From Botryllus schlosseri (lineage: Eukaryota): a DNA stretch of 64,000 nt. Position 1 is the stretch's first letter. Each line of letters opens with the position of its first letter. Location of the stretch: NCBI GenBank assembly GCA_051294905.1, contig CM119381.1, forward strand, positions 17,732,001 to 17,796,000. Direction: 5' to 3'. The notes under the pieces were generated by a model. The model searched no databases and was not told where the DNA came from. It was given only the letters and a program-made list of their open reading frames with translations. Of this stretch, positions 11,774 through 23,700 are shown in pieces. The translations under genes were made by a program, and so were the position numbers.

Positions 11774-13153
11774 TCGCAACTATAGGCAAACCTACTTAGG
11801 TACTCCTGAAAGGTAGAAGCGTTTCGTTACTGAAAACTACCAAGTTACCATTTGTTGTATGGAGGCGATTTGTCGGATGAGAATGTTCGCAAGCGGACCT
11901 AGTTCCGGGACATTGACACAGACATTGCGCATCCAATTTCACCACCAAAACCTGGTATGACGCTGATTAGTTGAGATGCCGAATGCCAGATCTCCGTATT
12001 TACGTTGTTCTCAACAGTTGATAGTAAAATGACGCAGCAAATGAAGCGCGGAATTTATAAAAAATGCATTGGCAACCTGGAGAAATAGTGTTATTTGGTA
12101 GTCGCGGCAATACTGTATTCACAATTGGAAGTATATACCACAATGATTTCAATATCTAGCTGTGATAAATGATTAGTCTGGTCTGACGACATAAAATAGA
12201 AGTGCAGTGGTACTCCAAACAAGTGAATTAGCCAGACTATATTTTCCTTTGCGACAAAACCGACAGGCGTGAACAAATGTTTTCCTTACGGTTTGCACTG
12301 GAACATGCTGTCATTTTAACAATTTTCAGATTGATAACAAAATCAAATCAGAAAATCAATTTACGAACCACTTGTCATCCCGATACCCGTGTAACAACAC
12401 AACAAGGATCATTCAGGCAGCTTGAAGGACCTGGGACAGCCAGACATAGCAATGACGACTAGCAATCGAGATTATGGTTATGGTGTTCCGGTTTCTGTTA
12501 AAATTGGCCAATGTTTGTAGAATTGGTAGTTTCACGACGAGAGAATTCATGTGGACACTTACAGATATGATCGGGTTATCGGACGGAAATGAATAACAAT
12601 AATTACCTCTCAAAGGCGGTTGTTCGTCTCACGCCTCACAGTGAGAGTCGAACGGTGTCATCGTGCGAGATAAAATCTAGAGGACCGATACAAAAATGCG
12701 TTCCGACCACAGTTTACGTCTACTTTTGCTCGTGGCTCGGAGCTTAATTGCATAACAACCTGCGCGAGACACGATAAGAAAACGCCAAATCCCATCGAGG
12801 TAGCAGCAGTCAGGTTAGCAGTTATTTGTCCCAGGCGTATAGTTTGTTCTTGGCTATAGACTACATGTATCAAGGAGTAAATCAAAATCAGCGCGTGCAG
12901 TTCCTCGGACAGAGAAAGATACCGCATGTAGTATGGAATTGGCATCAACCGCCACAAGATGCGTTCAGGTATAATAAATCGGCAGCTTATTAATAGTTAT
13001 GGCGTTTAGTTTTGCAGTAGGAAATCTTAATTGCAACTGGTCTGGTCGAACCAGAGACCTCGAAGCTGGTAGACCATCACTGCTCATTCATATTGCTTCA
13101 TTTATTCATACTCAGATTTTCGACTGACCTTATTCATGTTGTTACGCGTCAAC

Positions 13154-13184
<31 letters not shown>

Positions 13185-13290
13185 GGTGTTTGTCGACTAC
13201 TATGGTCATTTACAACAGGCCAAATTTCCTAATTTTTATTCCGTAGCTGCCGACTGCAGCTGTGGATTATACCACTCCGCTATCTCGCCA
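13154..13290 (-). mobile_element. SINE family A, internally deleted copy with (ACC)n(AAC)n tail
   Basis: The head GGCGAGATAGCGGAGTGGTATAATCCACAGCTGCAG is joined directly to the family tail and a trinucleotide repeat tail. Confidence 0.65.
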
Positions 13291-14313
13291 CCGTTGTTAC
13301 GCGTCACAAAAACCAGACGGTCTTGGGTGCAGACGAGAGACAGCGAAAATGGACGTTCATACTTCAATCATTATACAGGCCAATGGATTAATTATTTGTA
13401 TTTGGCTTTGTACCATCCAGAGCACAACAGACCACACACCGCGTGGAAATTTAATTAGGTGTTTTAACGAGCTTGCATTAACTGATTATGTTGTACGACA
13501 GTATGATCAGTGGATTTTGTCGCCACACAAATAAACTATTTCGGCGTGCTCTCGGGCTGACTGTCACCTGACAACCACTTGCCACTCTTTAGTATAGCAT
13601 GTCCCAGTAGCAGCGTGGAGATTTGTTTGTTGACCGTAAATCCTAGATCCAATATTCAGCTTACTTGATTGATTGTTTGCGGCGAGTTGTTCGGTTATAT
13701 TTAGCTAGATATTGTAATAAGGTTCATGATATGTTTTGACTTGCCTTTAAGTGCTTCGTGTGCAGGGTTGTAACACTTCTTGCACAACGGCTGACTACTA
13801 ATGACTCTTCGCTCTATACATAGTAATTATGACCTTTTTTTAACAAAAAGTAAACTCTTACGTGCTGAAAACGTGGGGCATTTAGTTACTGACTGAAACG
13901 ACGGGTTGCGGGCGGGACATCAAGTCAAAAACGGGATTGCCCCACCCAAACCAAGACGTTATAGCTATCTGATACACACTGATTCAATGACATCACAGCA
14001 CACAGCTGCTTTTTCGTCTGATCTGCGTCTCAAACCAAAGTACACATAGAAAAACGGTATTCGGGCCACATCACGCGAACACATCAAACCAGTATGTTAG
14101 GCTTCTCCTCGTCATCGGATCCATGCAACCGATGTCATAAAAGCATAAGAAGAGGATCGTGCTACAAGTCGGCAGATACAGAATCAAAATAAAGAATATT
14201 AATTTTATCTAGAATTATGCAATTTATCTTTGTAAACTTCAGTATCCTATCCATGGCCGCGAAGTCCCTGAAATCAGTAGAAACTCACTGTCTGGCACTG
14301 TATTACTTTACAC

Positions 14314-14808
14314 CAGGGGTTCTTAACCTTGCCCACAGCGCCCCCCAGGGGGCGCTGGCGACTTTGAAGGGGGGCGGAAAAGCTCAGGGGGCGATATGGG
14401 GGGCGCTGGGCTCAGGGGGGCGGTATGGGGGGCGCTGGAGAAAAACGGTATTGCAGGAGAATCTAAATTCAAATTTTAGAGCAAATTGCGAGTGATATGC
14501 CACAAAATAGCACAGAAATGAAGCTCCGGCGGGTGAAAAACGGTGATTTTAGCTCTGAGCGAAAAAATGACCTTTTTTTTTTTTTTTTTTTTTTTTTAGT
14601 CATCCACCTGACGATGTGGAGTAAAAAACGTTATTTAAATGTCACTCCGGTTTTGCAAGTGGAAAATTTCTGAAAAAGTGTCCTCTTTTTTGATTTCCAA
14701 AATATGGTAAGCCTATTATTACATTCCTTACAATATGAAGTTGGGGGGCGCTGGAGCACGATAATTTTTGAAAGGGGGCGCTGGAAGAAAAAAGGTTAAG
14801 AACCACTG
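14314..14808. mobile_element. hAT (Buster-type) MITE with GGGGGCGCT repeats
   Basis: TIR CAGGGGTTCTTAACC / GGTTAAGAACCACTG; perfect TSD CTTTACAC (14306-14313, 14809-14816). Confidence 0.9.
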
Positions 14809-17800
14809 CTTTACACGCTCCAAATCCAATCAATCGAAATTCGAGAATCTTTAATTGGAACCCATTCATGTTTCGGATGCTTGGGAGCTATGTGGTTAAC
14901 GGATTTAAGCAGTTTGTACCAGATCCTTATCTCCAAGCATATGGTCATATGGGGCCTATCAATCATTTTGTGTAATTGGAGTTGGTGTTTGCCATAATTC
15001 GATTTGAAGTCCCGCATGCATAGCCCGCGATGACAATAGTCACTATGGACACTGGGCGTGGGCAGGTTTCGCAAAGTAATCAACATAAATATATATCACG
15101 ATTGGATTCTCTCGACTAAAGGGGCGAACGTGACTAGCATCTCGTCGGCAGAATTAGAAAACGTCGCATCTTCTTGTCGCATGACGGATGGCGGAAGGGG
15201 TTGTTAGACGGTAATTGGAAATAATGACCCTCAGATCATATCAATGTAGCCTTGAGAATGGTGTGGATGCCCTGAATTACGGTGAAAAGTTTCGATGTAC
15301 CGTATTTGGCAACAGCTTGATAAATATATATAGACTTTACGATCCGCAAAGAAATAAGCATAGCTTCCGCGGATATGCAGGTCTGAAGTTATGCGTGAAG
15401 TTTCTGAGACCTCGACGTTAGCTTGAAATATCAAAAAACATTCCTTATTGAAATTTCAATTCTTGGCTGAAATCATTCCGCCTCAGTCTGGCGATACTTC
15501 TACTGCGGATATCTGTTGTGTTCAGTGCATGAAAGAGTATATTGAAGTTTTGAACCTCCAAGAAGCTCTTCGAAAGAGTATAAGAGCAACATCGATTGCA
15601 AAATCCCGACCGAAGTCTCTCGTATATATATATATACAATACATATAATATATCTAGGCACATAGATTCCTCATCGTCACCCGAACAGCCAGTGACTTAC
15701 AGATACCTACGGCAATATGGGGCCTTACGTCAGTCAGTCAGTAATTGCTTTACCGTAAACTCAGTAAAATTAAGATATGTCATTGTAGGCCTACCTGCTG
15801 AACTGATAGTTGAAGGCCAGCACAAAATGGAACGAATGTATGTTTTGTTATGAATCACATCATCATGAGTATAATCCATAAGCAGTAATATACTCCAATA
15901 CCATATATCAGGGGTTTCAACACATTCAATCATCATGGATTTATTTTTATTCCAGTTGCGCACGCGATACGAAGCAAAGTCTACCCAGAGCTACTGATTT
16001 TGATCATTATTTGTAGGTTGCTACATGATAACGAGGGGATTGAGTTAATCACAAGCCCTGTTTAAACTAAAGTTAATCATGCATATTCTATAAAAAAAAT
16101 TTAATAATATACTCGACTATTCCACAGTACCTATTTCGTTCATTTATATTAAAAGTTGGTTATGGCGATATCAGTAGAGTGCTGACCGAGAAACGTCAAT
16201 TACTCGTTTTATTCCCGCCAAAATAATATGTTCCAACTTTTGATATTCATTTAGTTATCGAGAAGTTGCTTGGTAAATATTGCCTCGCAAGAATACCGAT
16301 TACCGAGCAATTGATTTCTGCAACTAACACAATTTAATACCACAGCACATCAATATCCGATCCTTGAATTCCAAAACTATAAATTCCATTTTGATTACTT
16401 TTACCATATGACATCGAACGTAACTGATAACACTGCGAAGCTGACTGTAACGACCGCACTTTACACGGTTTCGCCATCATTCGGTCATGAAACCTTGACA
16501 CAAGAAAGAAAATCGAGATATTCCTGCCTTGAGAGCACGAGCCAGCAGACGAACTCAACCAACCCTATCAAGCATTGCGATGTCAGTCATTAGACCGCCG
16601 AATCGCCAGGATAGTGTGTGTCGGCCAGGTGTATCGCAGCAGGAAAGTACCGATAGAATATATGAAGATGTTACCAAGATTTACAAAGCCTGAATAGAAG
16701 GTCAGGGCTGCTCTTTACCCTACAAATTCATAAGCTAGCGCCCCTGACAGACAGCTCTAGGACATGCAGAAATTATGGAAGATTAAGCGCAAAAAGGGAG
16801 CGAAGAACGCTGTTGTGTGCACTGAACGTACTATATATAAATTTACATGTACGATGACAGCATTGGCATTTCGCATTCTAGTAAAATCGGCTGATATCAT
16901 TGGTCCTTCGGATTTTCAATAGCGTGAGGATTATAAATATTTATAATGTTTCTGGGCCGGGCACGCAGTTTTGCATTGGCGGGAAATTCATTATACCTTA
17001 CCCTTGCATTTACTTGGCGGAGATCGATCGTACAAATACGGCTAAACCAAATCACAAAGACATGAATTAAAGCGAACAGTGGATTTATCCTTGTGTGCGA
17101 GTCGACTAAGTCACGGTTATCATCCGACATAATGAAGTAAGGATTGCGTGGGTCGCTCTAAATTAGTACTTTCTGACTGAAAGACGACGACAGCAACTGT
17201 GTGCGCGTTGCTTGAAATTGTACGCGTGCACACTGCATGTGCAGCAATTCCTGTGTCATTTGCAACAGGAAAATGCTCGATTACCGCGGTGTAACAGATA
17301 CGAATGCGTCACAGTCGCAACCGTATCGAATGACAGTGAATAAAAGAATTGATTCGAGACGAAGGTTTAAGTTTGCGTATAAATTATCAACTCTATTCAC
17401 CTACTGATGTCTTGTCTTTTGTTAAGTTTTCAACAAAAATAGACGAACATTGTTTCTTGTTAGATACAGATAGATAGACGACCGTTTGGACGTACCTGTT
17501 ATATACACCGGGCGAGGTGTATTGCAAGTACGCAGATAAGTGAACGAACAATGAACATGACTTGTGCGCACGTTTTTCTCAGAAAAATCTTGAAGAATTT
17601 GAAAAATAATGGTGACCTTGTCAATTTCTGAAATATTGTACGCAAGGGACAAATATGCTCAGGGGTTGTTTCTGTAAGTAATGAGGACAGATCGATGCGG
17701 TATGACCTTGCCGACAGTGGATCAATTTTAAAGCTTCGCTAGATAAGTTATTTACTCTGTAAGACGTTTGCATGAAAAAGAGGGTGATGCAAAGTCATGA

Positions 17801-19845
17801 CCTTCATACCGGTGTTCACTTCGGTTTGGTTGTATAATAATGCATGCGTTTGCGGTTTAGTCGCACCTTACTATAAATTGCAATGCAAGCTGTTGAGTGT
17901 TAATACGGATATTGTCGACGTTGTAGAAAGAAGAGTTTTAGCTTAACTGGTTGGTATCATGCCCGCCGAAAGCCTACATTTGCTAAGACTCGCTTAAGGC
18001 TCCAAGTCATGAAAGTAGGCATATTCTTTGTCAAGGGTCACTCCGCTTATATTCACATCTCATCTGTTTGTAGTTAGATACTGTCTCAATTTTAGCTATT
18101 GATTGGTTCAGGCATTCGTTAAACGCCTAATCGCGTACTGCGCTGCTGTAAACAGTTAAAAGACGGATTACTTCGTTTGCTATCATGAATGGGACTGAAA
18201 AAGTAAGCATCGGGTCGAAGGAAGACGAAGGTAATGATAATCTCGTACTTGTTTTCATATTCTGTACTCTAGGCTGTATAAATGCAAGCATTGCAAAACG
18301 AAGATATGCCAACAGCAGTATAGTGGATGTTGGTATATGAAGTTGGTCTGTGACGGAGTTTGGATTGGCCATAGTGAATGTCTTTTTGATATTAGTTTAA
18401 TGGACATTGCTGATTTTGCGACAGTACGAAGAATAATGATATATGTCGGATAATCGGCGTCAATTAGAGATCACTAGGCAATAGACATGTGTGCAATCGA
18501 ATCACATCCGGTGTGAATCGAACTCAAACATCTACGCCCTAATCGAATTCGAAATACCGGTGTCTTCAATGAATGCATACAGGACACACGGAAATGTGGT
18601 GTACACTTTAACATGCGGTATTCGTCAAGTGTGAAAGATGTATAAGCGCGAGATCGGCTCTCACAACCAAAACTGCATTGCCCGTGATAAAATACAAGGT
18701 CTCTGCAATGTGACGATTCCTACTTATTCGCCTCGAATCGCCAGATTCGATTTTTAAGCGATGATTAGCATCAGACAATATTGGAATCGATTTCGAATCA
18801 TCGATTCGTATTGCCCATACTTAGATTTCACTTATGTGTATGAAAGTGGTATGGTATGACGTGGTCGGTGTCCCCTGTGCGCGGAGCATTGGGAATCAAT
18901 AAGAATCAATATGAATCGCACTTCAATCTATTCTTCTCGCCCATGACCATTTGTTCAATATTTTAGACAAGAAATTATCGTTTTCCGATCAAAGTCCTCG
19001 CACGAATTATAGGAGCTATCAGACAACTGACGTTTCAAATGGATCGACTTCGAATGCAGTCTCAGGAAACAAAATCTTAACGTACAGAAATCGACATGTT
19101 TCGGAGGCAAGGTATAGAGGCCATAGCTGATTTCATTGGCAAGATTGTAGATCTATATGCGTCTCTCTCTGGTTGTCCCAATATATCAGGTTTTAGGTAT
19201 TAGGTATTAGGTTTTAATACCCGGCTAAAGAATTTTTTGTATTATTTGGAATTTTCATTTGGGTTGTAATATATTGTGGTATTACCAAACTATATCAAAA
19301 ATATTCGTCAGATATTGACAGGCTGGATTTCGCGTAGCAGTGTTTTTATAGCCGGATAATAATTTACACCGGAATCATGGTTTATTATCAGTAATAATAA
19401 TGAGAGAAGACCCGGACTCCACTTTTATATTTATCCAATCTACTATGTTCCCCCACGTTCGTCACGCTTTAATAGTTACCACGATAAACAATCACTGTCT
19501 TCATAGACCTATTTCGCGGTACAGCATCGTCTACTGCTACACCAAAGATAAGTATAGATTTCGCTTCGGAATAGTAAAAACCTGGTTTAAAGGTTTTGTC
19601 GGATCAGGGTCGGATTTTGAATTGCGATTTCGTTGAAGCTTGAGTTTAATTTGAACCTCGGCATGCAATTTCATATCATTTACATTAATTTTACCTCAGC
19701 CGTTATCGGATATGGACGACGTGGATTCACAGACGAAACAAATGGTGGATGTGGATGTGAAATTTTATATCAACCTTTAATCCGGAACGGGATTGGGATT
19801 TGAAAATGTTTAATCCGCTAATCTCGGATACACACCGCTGCACAG

Positions 19846-20102
19846 CACGTGCCACGAATGTCTTTTCGCAACGGCTCACCTTCAACCACCCATTAATCAA
19901 TTTGACAGCTGCGACGAAAGTCAAGACGAGTTCTACGATATAATTTCCGAAGTCGAAAGCGAGCAAGATGACTCGAATTCAGGCGTTGGTTTCAAGCCTA
20001 CAATTATAACACACAGGAGGGGAACGCTTTACAATGCAACTGCACGCCGGGCAAATAGGCGGTTTTCGACTGTGCTAAGAAAGCCGTCGGCATGGAGTGT
20101 CA
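19846..20102 (+). CDS. Tentative upstream coding exon of the SLC4A11-like gene
   Basis: Open frame 19814-20102 (...QFDSCDESQDEFYDIISEVESEQDD...) ends at a strong donor A|GTAAGT in phase 1, matching the phase-1 acceptor at 20765. There is no in-frame ATG, and the 5' boundary is a guess. Confidence 0.35.
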
Positions 20103-20764
20103 GTAAGTTGTGCAGTGCGCGTGTGCGTCACGTTTGGTCAGTAACACTACCATAGTAATCTAACTGACAGGTGCAACTATAATGCGTATAGCATAATAAC
20201 GATACGTCATTCGTGATACAATCTTTGCGTAATTGTTGAATTCGTAGCTATTAATTTACGCTGACCGCTACCCTGTAAAACCATCATATATCGCCACAGA
20301 ACCAGGCAGTGGTCTTCTTTCCCAGTAAATCATCACGGGAAAATATGTGACAGTTCAGGTGTGATTTTTATCTACATCTACAACCAAGCTATCACTCGGG
20401 GAGTAATTTGCGCCTGTTGTCGAAGTTGTTATTGTGCAATCACCAACGTGCGTACTAAGCACGGTTACGCCGAGTTAATATGAATGACTCAATTTTCAAT
20501 GTCAACCGTGTCAGTTCAGATGTAACGATAAGATACACATGACGCCATACAGAATTTATCAACAGCACGTCAGCCGGCGAATTATTAAGAATTTAGCAGT
20601 AAGATCCGACTGTATTTGTTATTGGTGAATCGGACATCTCACGGTGACCTTGAAATGAGTAGTCGGGTCAATTTCTCCGTACTTCGAAATTTGTAACTGC
20701 TATTTTGCATATGTCAAGTGACAATATCGAAATTTACTCATACACGATGGTATATGATTTTCAG

Positions 20765-23700
20765 TTTACGAAGAAGAAGAGGAATGTCACCGCGAATTGA
20801 TCTTGAAAATTCGTAAAGTGAGTGTGTCTGCAATGTCATTTCTCCCGAACATGGTTTGCAATGGTGCGATATTTCAGAATCTTCCACTGAAGGATTTTTC
20901 CGAAGAGGTCCGCGCGAAAAAGGATTTAAAAAAGTTTCTCGTGCAACCGGTTGTACTTCTGGATGTGACTGACACGTGTACGTATGTGCAAGCGTTTCGC
21001 AAACTCGCATACAAACAACGTTTTAAGCGAGAAAGCACAGCAAAGTCCTACCGTCATCTCAATCCAATAGTGCTCGGCACGCTCTGCCATAATTTACCGA
21101 ACGCAGTTAATATCTATGTATAATGTTCAGGGTGTATGGATAAATATGCAAAAATACTAGATGCCATATGCCACTTCAATAAATGAATGCCATTGTGTTT
21201 TCTCGACGCCATGTAAAATATCACGATGGAATTATTTAGTCCCAGTGGACTGTAAATGCTGCATAAAATATCATCACTCAGCAGTCTGTCAAATAAGTGA
21301 ACACCTAAGTGATATGATCTCAATTCACGGGCACCGATGGGATTAGTTATCGTCGTCGGTATATAGCTAATGTGAAATTGTGTATACTGAATTCCAAAGC
21401 GGGTCGAAAATGGAAAAATTGCTAATAGATATTGAATTCGTATCGGCATTAGGAATTGGATTCGTCATGAAATTTGATGGCGTCATCTCTCGTGGTACGA
21501 ATCTGACACTGGCACAATGGATGATAAGGTGGTTTGATTGTAAATAATTAGCAATGATGTTTTGGACATCAGTCATTTACACGCCATAAAGACCCTCAAC
21601 AATATTACGAAAGTCAATGACTAACCGATTGTCATCAATAGATTTTCGGGACATCAAGACTAAGTTTTCGAATAATAGCTTTGACGGGCCTCCTGTTTTT
21701 TTTTCTCAATTCTCTGAAACGATGACACATTTACATCCCGCTTTTCATACATTCCAGCTTTGGAAATCATTTTCCAAAAGTTTATGACCAAATTGAGAAA
21801 GGATCTGGACCTGGACGAGAAGCTTCCTGAGGATTCCATGAAATATTTCTTCACGAAATCGCAGAAAGGGAACGAATCGTGTAGGTTTTGAATAAAGGCG
21901 ACAGCGACACCGAGCGGTCTTTTATCGGCATTAAATTCATTTTTACAAGTGGCTTCTGTCGACCAGCTACGAGAAACCATTCAAGGCGTCAAGTATGTTC
22001 TAGACGGCACAGTGTACGAGCAGACATGGATCACAGCTTTGTAAGTTTGAAGTCTTCAAAAACAAATTATGCATATATAGATGGCACTCAATTTAAATGC
22101 GCTGAGATTTCCGTGATTGTGGCCTCGCAGTTCGTCCCGAGCCATGTACGACAGTTATTTCGGTTTTCGGAAGTTCAGTAACTTTGAAATCGAGAAATGA
22201 TAATTGTTACCTTTATACCTTTGAGTTTTCCATAATGCACTGTTGAAAAATGTTAAGTTACTGAAAACGTGTTAAAATGATCGTGGTGATTTAACATTTC
22301 ACAAACGACAAGACCGCCACAGGCTATATACCATATAGGCCTATCATTTGTATACAAACATCGTGACGAAATCGCACCATAACGTTACAACGCAAAGGTC
22401 GCAACGCGATTGTATTATAATATTATGTATTTACGAAATGTGCGAGTGCTGTAAACATCAACGAAGAAAATATAATTTCACAGTTGAACCGAGTTCATGA
22501 TAGCATCGTTATTGACCAGACCATATATTCCTTCCCATCATTGGCCCCCAACAATGTACGATGAAAATTCAAGAATTACTTGTCCCAAATTAGTCAGTTA
22601 TTCGTTCAGAATCCCTTCTGCTTCTCTCTGATACGGAATAATTTAATCATAGCGTCCCAACATTATGCTTCAAACGAAAGGCATAATTGCCTTTAGTCAT
22701 TTCTGGGGACTCTGGGTATCATTAGAATGAAATTAATGGCGCTTTAGCTAGCAATCAGCAACAATCTTAGTCCCTATTCCCAGCCGTTGATAATATAAAG
22801 TCGGCACAGACCGCAACTTTAATCATAGTAGAATGGGATTTACATTGAATTGCATAGTGTGATGTATGTTGGCATTTGCAAGATCTACAAACAAAGGTAC
22901 ACAATGCACATCCGCATAAACCACTAATTAACGGCGCGAGGCATTACAAATAAATTTTTTTACATCTGGAAAACAATTTTAAGAGCATATTTGGTATATT
23001 TAAAAAAATGAGCGCTGCTTTTGAGGTGTCCGAAACAAGTGCTTTGTGAAGATGAAATTACGCGTCGGAAGATAATATCGGTGCTATGTGCTTTGTCACA
23101 AATACCGGTAAATAGGTGTCAAAGGCCGAAGGCGTCAAATACATGGCAGATACGAATGTATGAGGAAGTAGTAACTAGGGATGGTGTGAACCTCTGAAAG
23201 GTTCAGGTTCGTGTGAACGCGAACCTTTTTGAAAGGTTCTGTGTGAACACGAACGTGAACCTCGTGACGTCATATTGCTAATTCCAACCCTATCTTCCAA
23301 TGAAATGATAGCCTATACCAATGTAGACGATACCTAGCGATGACTCGGGCCACATAATGCCACAATGCCGAAGTACATATTGGCGTTTTAAACGTCGCTA
23401 AATGTATCAACTGAGGCAATCAAAGGATATAATACTCCCATAAAATCAATATCTTTCGTCGCTTTGTCAACAATTTCGACGAGGACTTACCAGGGAATAT
23501 AAGCTTACGCCTTAACGTTCTAGGCCAGACCGGACAATGTATTCGGCGTCTGAGTATTGCTTCATTAATATTGAGCAGAGTGTAAAATGGGTTTATACTT
23601 GCTACCGATAATACCCTATTAACAAGTTATACAGCAGTAGCGAACACCTCAATCGCAAGGATTTGGTTTTAATGATGCAGTAAAGATATTCAGTCGAGAT

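Noticed and set aside
13093-13458. 121-aa ORF with poly-Leu/Val and a WW-like segment (WVQTRDSENGRSYFNHYTGQW)
   Set aside because: The poly-L/V comes from a SINE trinucleotide tail. The WW-like stretch has wrong spacing and lacks the terminal W..P, so it is not supported as a domain.
19712-19813. TAA reassignment (non-standard genetic code) to explain in-frame stops
   Set aside because: NDUFB2 and OMA1 end in TAA, ZDHHC3 in TAG and ATP6V0D1 in TGA at or near the expected C-termini, and no conserved exon contains an internal TAA.
22081-22181. Possible SLC4A11 exon after TATAG at 22080
   Set aside because: The required phase gives an immediate stop; the exon at 24183 supplies the conserved sequence.
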